A stretch of 64,000 bases of DNA from NCBI GenBank assembly GCA_040285745.1, contig JAUFOR010000006.1:248001-312000 (forward strand). The letters run 5' to 3'. The translations under genes and the position numbers were made by a program. Under the pieces are notes generated by a model. It was given only the letters and a program-made list of their open reading frames with translations. It did not search any database and was not told where the DNA came from. Every line of letters begins with the position of its first letter. The stretch's first letter is position 1. Source of the DNA: Barthelona sp. PCE (lineage: Eukaryota). Positions 21,436 to 31,886 of the stretch are shown here, piece by piece.

Positions 21436-21891
21436 ATGGCTATTCACAAAAACAAACCTTTGAGCCGTCACTCTGGTTTCCGTAAGGCCCCCAAGGTTCA
21501 GCATTTGACTCCTGGTCGTGTTTGCATTGTTTTGGCTGGTAAGTACCGTGGCTACCGTTCCGTCGTTGTTAAGACAACCGAGAGCGGCCTGGCTGTTGTC
21601 TCCTCCTTCGCTTTGAACGGAATGCCCATGAGAAGAGTCAATCCCGCTTACTTGATGCCTACTTCCACCCATCTGGACGTTGATTTCTCCGCCCTTAACG
21701 TCGAGCAATACAATGATGAGTTTTTCCAGACCAAGAACGAAGGTCTCACTGAAGAACGCAAGGCCGCTCAGAAGGCTGTCGATGGTGCCATTCTCGGTGG
21801 TGTCAAGAAGGCCCCCAAGCACATGAAGGCCTACCTTAAGTCTCGTTTCACTCTCAGAAACGGTGATTACCCTCACATGATGAAGTTCTAA
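21436..21891 (+). CDS. RPL6: 60S ribosomal protein L6 (eL6), short form
   Basis: 'LTPGRVCIVLAGKYRGYR.VV', 'LNGMPMRRVN..Y...TST', 'YLKSRFTLRNGDYPHMMKF'. Strong C-ending codon bias. Confidence 0.95.
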   Translation: MAIHKNKPLSRHSGFRKAPKVQHLTPGRVCIVLAGKYRGYRSVVVKTTESGLAVVSSFALNGMPMRRVNPAYLMPTSTHLDVDFSALNVEQYNDEFFQTKNEGLTEERKAAQKAVDGAILGGVKKAPKHMKAYLKSRFTLRNGDYPHMMKF

Positions 21892-22235
21892 GATTTCAAA
21901 GGATTTGAATACAACACACAAAGTTCTCATTATGCCTTGTGAGTAAATTGTCTAAGGTTACAACCTTATTGCATTATCTTGATAGTGCTCAGTTATTTTT
22001 ACTTTGCCTTCTCCTGCTCATTCTATATTCTCTATTCTGGTTTTTAGTACTGGGAGATATCATCACTTATGCCCTTGTATATATAAAAAGTAGATTATAG
22101 TGCATTTAACCACAATGATCCTAAATATTTTTGTGTTTCACTCACACCAGAAATATTTGTCATGGGCGATCACGGTGAGATATCAGGTGAATAGCTGAGT
22201 ATGAAACGTGTAAAAAAAGGAATTTCAACTTTGAA

Positions 22236-22388
22236 CCTGAGTTATGCCTTTTGAATGGCTTTTCCGAGGATTATTACGTTGGTAAATTCAGCTCAGGAGA
22301 TAAAAAATATTATTTCAGAGGGTTAAGGCCCCACATAATTCGTCGTTGGAATTCAACATAGCAAATTTTTATCTGAAAGCTGACACTT
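22236..22388 (+). ncRNA. Candidate H/ACA-type snoRNA (hairpin-H box-hairpin-ACA)
   Basis: CCTGAGTT(22236-43) pairs with AGCTCAGG(22290-97), followed directly by AGATAA (ANANNA, 22298-303). TTTCAGA(22313-19) pairs with TCTGAAA(22372-78). ACA at 22383-85. Lies in a 700-bp gene-free gap. Confidence 0.25.
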
Positions 22389-22596
22389 TCGCTGGACTAT
22401 CCATTTAACGAACATAAAACAGGGCTTATTAAATGGTTTTCCTCACATTTTTTAAAAGTCCATTTAGATCCTCATTTCATATTACTACAGGATGGGAGGT
22501 TGTAATTATTAAGTAAACACCAAGGAAGCACATAGTGCAACATGTAATCTTGCAATGCAATGCATTCGCGATTTTTACCTTTTTCTTTATCACAAT

Positions 22597-24181
22597 ATGC
22601 TCGTGAAGAATTTCCGCCCATCTAACCCTGATACTCAATACACTGAAGAGTCCATTATAACCGACTTTAAGTACACTCGGTATGTTTCGCATTTTGTTGC
22701 GCTCACATAAACATATTTAACTAATTTCTAGTCCCATTGTTGAAAAGCAAGGTGAAGAGTACGTAGTTGGTTCCAAAACCGAGGAAGTAACTTTCAAGGT
22801 TGATCGTAAAGTTCCTAAGCTCGGTATGCTTATTGTTGGTCTCGGTGGTAACAACGGTACAACCGTTTTCGGTATGGTTGAAGCTAACAAACAGAAGATG
22901 ACCTGGCAACAACGCGATCGTGTGGTTGAAGCAAATTATTATGGTTCATTAACTCAAGTTGCCACTTCTCGTCTTGGACGTATCGGTAACGAGGACGTTT
23001 ACACCAAGTTTGGCAACCTTCTTCCCATGGTTGATCCTGACGACGTAGTTATTGGTGGTTGGGATATCAACGGTATGAACCTTGGTGACGCTATGAAGCG
23101 TGCTTCAGTCTTTGACCCTGAGCTCCAGGAGAAGCTTTACCCATACATGAAGGAAGTTGTTCCCATGCCCGGTGTTTACTATGCTGACTTTATTGCTGAG
23201 AACCAGAGAGAACGTGCCGATCATATCCTTCCCGGTTCCAAGAAAGATCACCTCACCGCCATTCGTGAGCAATTGCGTGATTTCAAGGCCAACAACGGTT
23301 GTGATCAACTCGTTGTCATGTGGTCTGGTAACACTGAACGTTATTGTGGTCTCGTTGATGGTATCAATGATACCAAGGAGAACCTTCTCAAGGCTATTGA
23401 TGATGATTCCGAGTACATCTCCCCCTCTCAGATTTATGCTATCGCCTGTATTCTTGAAGGTGTTCCTTACATTAACGGATCTCCTCAGAACACACTGATT
23501 AAGTCTGTTATGGACCTGGCATATGAGCACAACGTTCTTATTGCTGGTAACGACTTCAAGTCTGGTCAAACCAAGATCAAGTCAGTTTTAGCCGATTATC
23601 TCGTTGGTGCAGGTTTAAAGATGCGTTCTATTGTGTCATACAACCATTTGGGTAACAACGATGGTCGTAACCTTTCTTCTCAGGCATGCTTCCGTTCAAA
23701 GGAGATCTCTAAAGGTGGTGTCGTTGATGATGTTATTGATTCCAATGAAATTTTGTATCCTGATGAGTCTCATCACCCTGATCACTGCGTCGTCATTAAG
23801 TACGTACCTTTTGTTGGTGACTCAAAGAGAGCTATGGATGAATACACTTCAGAAATTGCCATGGGTGGTTTCAACACATTAGTTCTTCACAACACATGTG
23901 AGGATTCACTTCTTGCTGCTCCTATTATCCTTGATTTGGTTCTTCTCACTGAATTGTTCACACGTGTCTACTACAAGACTAGTGAAATGGACGATTTTGA
24001 ACAAACAGACTGCATTCTTTCTATTCTCGGTTATTTGCTCAAACAACCTCTTTTCGCTGAAGGTCAACCCGTTATTAACGCTCTCTTCCGTCAACGTGTT
24101 TGTTTGGAGAACACCATGAAAGCCATTGCTGGTTTGCCCATTGATACTGAAATTGGTTTAGAACAACGTACTTGTCTATAG
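22597..24181 (+). CDS. INO1: Myo-inositol-1-phosphate synthase; spliced: join(22597..22679,22732..24181)
   Basis: 'GLGGNNG', 'ANYYGSLTQ', 'NGSPQNT', 'DFKSGQTK', 'SYNHLGNNDG', 'HNTCEDSLLAAP'. Removing the intron restores the N-terminus MLVKNFRPSNPDTQYTEESIITDFKYTR-PIVEK...KVPKLGML. Confidence 0.97.
22680..22731 (+). other. Spliceosomal intron (52 nt) in INO1
   Basis: GTATGT...AACTAAT-TTCTAG. Phase 2; splicing joins the two INO1-like frames. Confidence 0.92.
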
Positions 24182-24356
24182 ATGACCTTTTTTTGGTTTT
24201 TTAAAGTTGTTTTCTGATTGCTTTTAAATCTTTTAACCTGCATAACTATTTAATAGTAAAAATTCGATAAAATTTTTTTGTTTTACTTTTTCTAACCATT
24301 TCTATTTGTTTTTTTCTTTTGATCACGTTCATAGCGTCTTGTAGAAACCTATTGAG

Positions 24357-27097
24357 ATGACTGTATGAATATATTGTGTAACAATTTCAAGAAATGCGGG
24401 AAATTCATATTCTTTACGTTTTTTTGAATTCTTTTTGCACTAACGTTGACACACTTAGCTCACATTTAGGAAATGGATCCGAAAACAACGAATGAAGCAA
24501 AAATCGATGATGATAAGGAATTTAATGAACTTCAAACTCGTTTTGAAGAGTTTTTGGAAGTACTTGGAGGGGATAGAGCCCTGGAAAAGTTCAAGGACGA
24601 ATTCCAAAATCTCTACACTGCATATATGCGTTCGCGTCAAAATGAGAAGCGTTTAGCTTTACAAGTTAAGGAACTTAACGCTAATATTGTCCAGAAGGCC
24701 GCTGATATCGAGCGTCTCAACAGCTCATTTATGGATGAACAGCAATTTGTGTCGCAATTGAATCGTCAAATTGAACGTGCTCATACTCAGATTGAAGAAT
24801 TTGAGTCCAAGGAGAACATGGCGCAGCAGACAATCCTCTTACTGAAGAAGGAGATTCAGAACCTTTCTTCCCTTGTTCAACAAGATTTTTCTGTTGATTT
24901 AGGTGAAGAGAGTAGTTTAAAACAGGTTTTGAGTGAGAAAGCCGACCTCATCAAGGAGCGTGATGGTCAGTTGAAGGAGATCTTTAACCTCCACGAAGAA
25001 ATTAGTAACTTGAAGACAAACCTCAAGTCGAAAGAAACTACAGAGTTAGAACTTCAAACACGTCTTCATTGTATCCAGCAGGAGCTCACCATCCAGAAGC
25101 AGGAGGAGATGCGTCAGAAGAAACGTACTGAACGCCTTAACATGGAGCTCAAGACTCTTACAGATGATTTAGAAACTGTGAAGTCAACTGTTGTAGAGAA
25201 GGAGGAGGAGACCCGTTATTTGAAGAACACCCGTTCTGAACTCCAACAGAAGCTGAAGAAGGAAGTTAATAAGATTGAGACGGAGAAACGTCGTATCTCT
25301 GACTTGCAAGAGGAGATTACAAAGTATGAATCAAATTTGAATCAAGAAAGACATCGTACTCAAGAACTCCAGAACTCTAATGACGACCTGAAGGCTGACC
25401 TCGCTAATCAATTGCAGGAAATTAGATCTCTTGAGGAACAGAAGAGTCAAGTGATTCGATCCAAGGCAAAAGTAGAGAACGAGTTACGTATTATGCGTTC
25501 TAAGAAGGATGAAGCAGAAAAACGTGCTGAAAGCTACACACGTCAGATTGGTAACCTTGAGAATGATATTGGTGATCATGTTAATGTTCAGAAGCACTTG
25601 AAGAAGAACATTGGTAAACTAGAACGACAATTGCAAACGCTTGAGAATGATTTCACCAAGCAGCGCAACAGGAATGAGAGCGAAGAGGAGGCACGTACAC
25701 TTCTCATGGCAGAGATAACTAACTTGGAGAAGGATCTTGTATCCTCCAAACAGGAAACTGAGACTTTACGTGTACAGCTTAGTAGGGCAGATCGCCAGAT
25801 TAAGGAGAGTCAATCTGAGCGATCCAAACTTGTTAACAGATCTCTGGAGTTAAAGGAGGAGTTGAAGTTGAAATTACTTGCTGAAGATGAATTAGGGAAG
25901 AGAATTACTGAGCTTGAGAACAGACTCCGTCAGCAGCAAAACCTGTATGAGAGTGTAAGAGGTGACCGTAATCTATATTCCAAACAATTGGTTGAGTCTC
26001 ATGATGAGATTCTTGAGCTAAGACGTAAATTTAAGTTGTTATCTCATCAGATCTTACAGTTAAAGGAGGAGATTGAGCTCAAGGATAGTTTATTGGTTAA
26101 AAGCAATTTCACAAAGATTCGTTTGAGCAAACAAAAAGAATCGTTAAAGATTGAAGTTCAAAAGTTGAAAAAACAAATTAAAAAGAGTGATTTGCTAATT
26201 CAATCACAAGATGCTGAGCTGACTAAATTATTAAGGATCATCAATGAGAGTGATCAGGATCGTTTGAAGCAGATTAAATTGTATAAGGAGATACTGTTAG
26301 AGCGAGACATATTAGGCTCTCAGCTGATTCGTCGTAACGATGAACTTGCATTATTGTATGAAAAAGCAAAGATATATCACTCATTGTTGAAGAAGGGTGA
26401 GGTTGCGTACAAACAACGTTGTAAGGAATTGTCTTTGTTGAAATTGAAGTTAAGAGAGGTATTGCGAGAGAAGAAGCTCATTGAGTCAAAGTTAAAGGAG
26501 GAGGGATCACTCAAGAGACGTATTTACAGACTAGAAAAGGAGCTGCTTAAGGAGAAGAACAAGACGCGTGCTTTAGCGGAAGAACTTGAGAAACCAGTCA
26601 ATATACATCGTTGGCGTTCATTACAGGGCAGTAACCCAGAGATCTTTGTGTTATTGAAGAAATTGAACATGTTACAGAAGCGTTTGATCAAGAAATCACA
26701 AGAATGTCTTAATAAGGAATTACTTTTAGAAGAGAAAGAGAAACTTTTCCTTGCGTTTAAGAAAGTTCTTTCACGTCAAATTGGCCCTGAAGTTTCAGAA
26801 CAGTTGCTCATTTACAAACAGAATTTACAGAAAAAGCAGAAACAAATTAAGTTATTGGCTGCTGAATTGAATTCTGCCTCTCTGGATGTACGTACACATA
26901 AATCAGAGATAGAAAGGTTGAACAGAGAACTTAATGATTTGAAGTCACGTTATTTCGCTATGAAGAGGAGACAATTGCAGAATCAAAGTTCTTCTTCTTC
27001 TAATAGAGAAAAAATTAAGAATTATGTTGCTCCTGATACTCCTCCTCGTTATGGTGGTGGTTTTAACCTGGGTGCTGGTATTAGAAAGTCTCAGTAA
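24357..27097 (+). CDS. CFAP58: Cilia- and flagella-associated protein 58; probably join(24357..24362,24470..27097)
   Basis: 'LYESVRGDRNLYSK', 'ERDILGSQLIRRNDELALLYEK', 'P.NIHRWR.L.GS.P'. A 6-nt first exon ATGACT splices in frame to GAA-ATG(24473). Confidence 0.9.
24363..24469 (+). other. Spliceosomal intron (107 nt) after codon 2 of CFAP58
   Basis: GTATGA...GCTCAC-ATTTAG, in-frame join M-T-E-M. Internal pairings TGTGTAAC/GTTGACACA and TTCAAGAAA/TTTTTTGAA. Confidence 0.75.
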
Positions 27098-27146
27098 TTA
27101 TCATATTGTAAAGTAAGAATCATATTAGTAATTATTTCTCTTTTCA

Positions 27147-27602
27147 ATGGAAGAATCACTTGATGTGGGCATTGGTTCTCTAGGGGTTACAGAGGCACCT
27201 GAGGCAAGCCCTATTAACAGTCCTGTTACAGAGGCTATTCAGTTTGATGATGTTTCACAACAGCAATCACGGATACAGTCTCCATCGGCTGTTTACAACC
27301 TGTATGACGACCTTAAGGGGTCCACACATGAGCTCACTAGTTCTGTTGTACAGTTACAGTCGAAATTGCAGGAAAGCTTGGTTACAGCGACGTTATGTAC
27401 CTCCCAACATATGACACTGTACAAGCAGGGCGCCCAGGAGATCAGAGACGTAGCAAAAAGCGTAGTGGACAAGACTCACTCGTTGACTCATGTATTGCAG
27501 ACAATGAAACAGCATATGAACGGATTGAAGATAATATGCGCGCAACTGGAGGATCTGAAGAATGGTGTATCTGAATTAGAGCGTTATGCGAATGCATTGT
27601 AG
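27147..27602 (+). CDS. BORC subunit 6 (lyspersin)-like coiled-coil protein
   Basis: The C-terminal ~100-aa helical pattern (L..L......L...V..L...L...L...T..T......Y) recalls BORCS6. Confidence 0.5.
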   Translation: MEESLDVGIGSLGVTEAPEASPINSPVTEAIQFDDVSQQQSRIQSPSAVYNLYDDLKGSTHELTSSVVQLQSKLQESLVTATLCTSQHMTLYKQGAQEIRDVAKSVVDKTHSLTHVLQTMKQHMNGLKIICAQLEDLKNGVSELERYANAL

Positions 27603-27752
27603 TGTTATGTTATGCAGGACATAGTATTGCATTATTTTTACGTTTTTAAATATGGTACATGTACGTAATGTGACCAATACCCGAGTTAAAGTAAAGCATT
27701 TTTGTTTTCAAGAACATTTTGTTGTTTTATATTTTCTCATCGTTTACATACA

Positions 27753-28481
27753 ATGACGGAACAGAATCAGCAATACAGCGCGATTGCTACCGAGGGAAAC
27801 TCAAGAACGCTAGATTTTAACACATACGAGGAGTATCTGGACTCTCAGATTACTCAACTTGATTTGTACTATTTGGAGTCACAAGATTTGGCACGACAGC
27901 TCGTTGAGCTCGGGTTTAAGGGTCACGGAGACACATTATCTCGTGATGAATGGGAGAAGCGTAAGGCAGAACAAGAACAGAACAAAAACTATCGTACTCG
28001 TCGCAACGAAACAGATCCATCAGGTCTCGGCTTCGATCTGGATGGTTTCCCCGTGTTACAGTCTCTTCAACAGATGGAAGAAGATGTATTGAGTGGAAAA
28101 CTCAGTGTAATTATTTTTATTCGTGATTACAACAACAAAGGACAAGAGATCTCCGGATACATAGATTACGGAGAACGTCTAAAGACTGAAGATTTCCGTA
28201 GTTATTTTGATGTTAAAAGTAGGAAACGTTTATTACCAAAATCTTCAGATTTATCTTACTATAATTGGGAAAGTGGGCAGTTAAGCTCTAATTCTAGCTC
28301 AAACTTTGAAGTTATTACAGATCCTGAAGAAGGTTTGATTTTCAAAAATAAGAGAGATCGGAAAGTGATTGTTACAAATCCAACAATGTCTCCTGGTAGT
28401 TTTACAGATTCATATGAAATTGTAACACATGAGTATGAGCAGGTTGTGATCTATGAACATTCTACAAAGAGAAAGAGCTAG
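27753..28481 (+). CDS. CFAP299: Cilia- and flagella-associated protein 299
   Basis: 'FNTYEEYLDSQIT..DLYYLE...LARQLVELG', 'IIFIRD.N.KGQEISGYIDY', 'SDLSYYNW', 'FKNKRDRK'. ATG at 27753. Confidence 0.92.
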   Translation: MTEQNQQYSAIATEGNSRTLDFNTYEEYLDSQITQLDLYYLESQDLARQLVELGFKGHGDTLSRDEWEKRKAEQEQNKNYRTRRNETDPSGLGFDLDGFPVLQSLQQMEEDVLSGKLSVIIFIRDYNNKGQEISGYIDYGERLKTEDFRSYFDVKSRKRLLPKSSDLSYYNWESGQLSSNSSSNFEVITDPEEGLIFKNKRDRKVIVTNPTMSPGSFTDSYEIVTHEYEQVVIYEHSTKRKS

Positions 28482-28544
28482 AGTAATATGTAAAATTTGA
28501 TGTTGTTTCACTTTTTTCTTTCTTTTTCACACATTAAAATTAAA

Positions 28545-29012
28545 ATGAGTTTGAACATGAACTTAGATCTTGGGGAAATCGAAGACTATAGCGCTAAAAT
28601 TAGTGATGATGAACTGGATGATTTGGAACAAGATTATTTAAGACATCAACAACTTACTATGCGTAGAAAAAGTAGGAAACCATTTGCTGCACAGAAATCC
28701 CAACTCCCACCAATGTTGGATTTCTTTAAAATGGTTAACGTTCCAGAGGGAGATCCAGTTGTTCCAATTATCGATATGGTACTTACTAAGAAGTCACAAG
28801 AGAGGCTTAGCATTGCCATCAATAGTGCGTGCAAGGTGAAAATATCGGAGATCATTGTTCGAGCCAATGATATCGCAAGTAGTGAGTTCGAGAAGCTTAC
28901 TCCTGAACAACAAGCAGTTTCTCCACTAAGGGTAACGGCTGAGCATATTAAAAAAGCGTATATATCTTTACCAAAGCCTCGACCTTTTTCTTATCATCGA
29001 AAAAAGCTTTAA
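28545..29012 (+). CDS. TAF11-like histone-fold protein
   Basis: 'IAINSACKVKISEIIVRA..I....' and 'PLRVTAEHIKKAY' parallel TAF11 (IAMSGISKVFVGEVVE.A...PL.PKHMREA). Confidence 0.5.
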   Translation: MSLNMNLDLGEIEDYSAKISDDELDDLEQDYLRHQQLTMRRKSRKPFAAQKSQLPPMLDFFKMVNVPEGDPVVPIIDMVLTKKSQERLSIAINSACKVKISEIIVRANDIASSEFEKLTPEQQAVSPLRVTAEHIKKAYISLPKPRPFSYHRKKL

Positions 29013-29030
29013 ACAATTTTCTTTTACTCA

Positions 29031-30545
29031 TTATTCAGCTTCATTCTTCATAGATTGCATGATAAGAGCGGCGCCAAGCATCATGCATGGTTTCTTTGAA
29101 CCTTCAACGATATCTTCCCAGAGAGTGAAGATTTGAGCACCAACTTTACGTGCAACAGAAAGAACGTACTTTGCGTTCTGTTCTTTCTCCTCATCGGTCT
29201 CACCAGCAACAATAGCGTTGTTATTAAGGGCCTTGGGGAACAAATTGCGGAATAAAGCAAAGTAGAAGTGTCCGTTTTTAACAGAATCTTTTGTAAAGGA
29301 AGTGATACGATCTTCTTCAGGAAGTTTATCATTACACATGTTGAGAACATCACGTTCTGTAACCTTTCTACCACCAGCAAACTCGGATAAGAAGTTCAGA
29401 GCGGATTTCGCCATCAATTGCCACAAAACACCAATAATAGCTTGCTTCTTACCCTCAAAGATATCCTGGGGGCCAATACCCATGATACGGATACGATTCT
29501 GACTGCAAATTTCAAGGAACATCTCGATGTTACCAAGCTTAGCAAAATTATTACGAGGTTTTTTATCAACTTGATCCCAGTTGATTTCATACCCCATCTT
29601 CTCTACAACCTCAAGCAATGCGATACCGTCTTGTAGATCGGTCGAGATGTCCTTGATCGTTGCGGAAGCCCCCATATTCGACATCCAAGACGCATACGTA
29701 CGTTCTCTTCTGCTGCCGACAAAGTCAAAATCCTTAAGGAAGGACATGAGTGCTTCAAGATCATCTTCTTCAACTTCTAAGCAAGGTGCTGCGTTGAAGA
29801 GAGAGGCTGTGAACGCAAGACAGAAACGAGGGTTTCCACTTGCTAACTGCTCTGGGAAAATATACTTACGTACTCCCAAAGTTTCTGCGTTATCAACATT
29901 CATAGTTTGAATCTCGATAGGGGTACCAACTGTGGAAAGCGGAATGCTACCTTTGCTGATCTTGTGAATCAAATGCGCCAGGACACCACCGCTCTTAAGA
30001 TCACCTTCCAGGTTTGAAACAGAGAGATTATATTCAGAAATGTGATAGTTAACCCAACGTAATAAGATGTCTTCAGGTGGTAGACTGAGGAACTTCTCGA
30101 AATCCTCTCCTTCTTCAAGAAGAGCGACAAGAGTAGGGATCTTCTTGACGTTAATACGATTCAGAACACCAATACGGATGATCTGCCAAAGAAGGGAATT
30201 AATTTGAAGTTTTGATCCGTTCGCAATGTCTTCTTGGCCGATACCAAGGAGGCGAGTACCAATTGCACGAGCAGATTCAATGACGAGGTTGAGATTTTCA
30301 GCATTTTCCCAAACATTTTTGGGGTTTTCGTTCAACGCACGGACGTCAATGGACTCAGGGACGGCGTATGCGATCAAGTGGGCGAGGATGAGGCCGTCTG
30401 AAACGGCTGTAAAGATGCTGTCATCCTCAGGGTTAATGGGAAGACGATCAGCGACGGCTGAGTCTTCTAAGACAATATTACAGAAGTTAACGAACGACTG
30501 CTTGGCAATCTCGTCAAAGTGGTGGGTAGTTTTGTGTGCAGACAT
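29031..30545 (-). CDS. Fimbrin/plastin (four calponin-homology domains, no EF-hand headpiece)
   Basis: 'DGLILAHLI..VPESIDVRALN', 'ENLNLVIESARAIG', 'LLWQIIRIG', 'LPPEDILLRWVNYH', 'NAKYVLSVARKVGA.IF.L.EDIVE'. ATG at 30545. Confidence 0.92.
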   Translation of the reverse strand: MSAHKTTHHFDEIAKQSFVNFCNIVLEDSAVADRLPINPEDDSIFTAVSDGLILAHLIAYAVPESIDVRALNENPKNVWENAENLNLVIESARAIGTRLLGIGQEDIANGSKLQINSLLWQIIRIGVLNRINVKKIPTLVALLEEGEDFEKFLSLPPEDILLRWVNYHISEYNLSVSNLEGDLKSGGVLAHLIHKISKGSIPLSTVGTPIEIQTMNVDNAETLGVRKYIFPEQLASGNPRFCLAFTASLFNAAPCLEVEEDDLEALMSFLKDFDFVGSRRERTYASWMSNMGASATIKDISTDLQDGIALLEVVEKMGYEINWDQVDKKPRNNFAKLGNIEMFLEICSQNRIRIMGIGPQDIFEGKKQAIIGVLWQLMAKSALNFLSEFAGGRKVTERDVLNMCNDKLPEEDRITSFTKDSVKNGHFYFALFRNLFPKALNNNAIVAGETDEEKEQNAKYVLSVARKVGAQIFTLWEDIVEGSKKPCMMLGAALIMQSMKNEAE

Positions 30546-30718
30546 GTTGAAACACAAGTTGGAAGAGAAGGGTAAAGTAAAAGCAGTTATACAGTTTTTT
30601 TTACGCTTGCACATGGAGTACTCCTCTCTGGACAACCCCGTGGCGATAAGAAATAGTTTTCAACGGTGTTTAACGCAATATTTCCCGTTTCATCAAGTAT
30701 CTTCAGGTTTATTGAACA

Positions 30719-31828
30719 ATGAGCGGAGCGGAAGTACTTAAATTTACAGGCCTCATGGACGGCACACGCCTTATTCGTGGAAAACTAGAATACGCAGAAA
30801 ATGGTTGCATTTATGAAGGAGAATTCGATGAACAGAACAAGCGTAGTGGGTTCGGGTCATACATCTACGGTGATGGTACCAAATATGAGGGAGAATGGCA
30901 AAATGACGTTCAACATGGTGAAGGTGTAATGCATTTTGCCAATGGTAACGTTTTTAAAGGCATTTTTGTTGGAGGATCAATGTCTGAAGGTGAGCTGAAC
31001 CTCAAAAACGATAACGGTAGTACAGATCTCTATCAAGGACAATTTCAAAATAATAAGTTTCATGGGAATGGAAAGTACGCATTTAACACTGAAAACACCG
31101 TGATTTATACCGGAGAATGGGAGAACGGACTCCGCCATGGTATGGGAACAGTTGAATACTATAACAAAGAAGGAGAATTATTTGAGAAATATGTAGGATC
31201 ATGGAAACAAGGTCGTATGGAGGGTAAAGGAATATATCATTGTAGTGACAAGACAGTGCTTGAAGGAACTTTCCAGGACAACCAAATCGTACAAGGAAAG
31301 ATGGTCCACGGTGATGGAACAAAAGTTTTTGAAGGTAATTTTTTGAATGGTATGAAACATAATGGTACATTAATTAAAGAAGGTATTTCCAGATATATTG
31401 GAGAGTTCAAGAACGATATTGCACACGGTAAAGGTGAATTATTACTTTTAATGACAGGAGATCGTATTATTGGTAATTTTGAAAATGGAATGAAAAATGG
31501 AGAGTGTCAAATTGTTTATCATAATAAGGATGTCTTCACTGGTACCTTTGTCGACGACTGTGCTGAAGGTTATGGAGAATTAATGTATGCTAATGGTTCT
31601 AAGTATGAAGGTAACTGGAAGATGAACAAGAGACACGGTCACGGTGTGTTTTATGCTGCAGACGGAACTAGGTACGAGGGTAGTTACGTGAACGGAAGGA
31701 GACATGGACAAGGAAAGCTATTTTTACCAAGTGGAATTATGAGTTGTATATTTGATGATGGTAAGTTAAAAAATATCGAGAATTTCGAGTTCAGATCTGA
31801 TTCTCCATGGAATGATCCATCATTTTAA
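30719..31828 (+). CDS. MORN-repeat protein
   Basis: Many 'YEGEW....HG.G' 23-aa repeats across the whole protein. Confidence 0.9.
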   Translation: MSGAEVLKFTGLMDGTRLIRGKLEYAENGCIYEGEFDEQNKRSGFGSYIYGDGTKYEGEWQNDVQHGEGVMHFANGNVFKGIFVGGSMSEGELNLKNDNGSTDLYQGQFQNNKFHGNGKYAFNTENTVIYTGEWENGLRHGMGTVEYYNKEGELFEKYVGSWKQGRMEGKGIYHCSDKTVLEGTFQDNQIVQGKMVHGDGTKVFEGNFLNGMKHNGTLIKEGISRYIGEFKNDIAHGKGELLLLMTGDRIIGNFENGMKNGECQIVYHNKDVFTGTFVDDCAEGYGELMYANGSKYEGNWKMNKRHGHGVFYAADGTRYEGSYVNGRRHGQGKLFLPSGIMSCIFDDGKLKNIENFEFRSDSPWNDPSF

Positions 31829-31886
31829 TTGTAAAACAGTGTCAACTACGTGTTATTTTTTTTTGCACTTTATTACAGAAATTAGG

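Noticed and set aside
21418-21930. 170-aa ORF antisense to RPL6 (and similar antisense ORFs over INO1, fimbrin and legumain)
   Set aside because: This is an expected by-product of strong codon bias in highly expressed genes, and the ORFs have no protein-like features.
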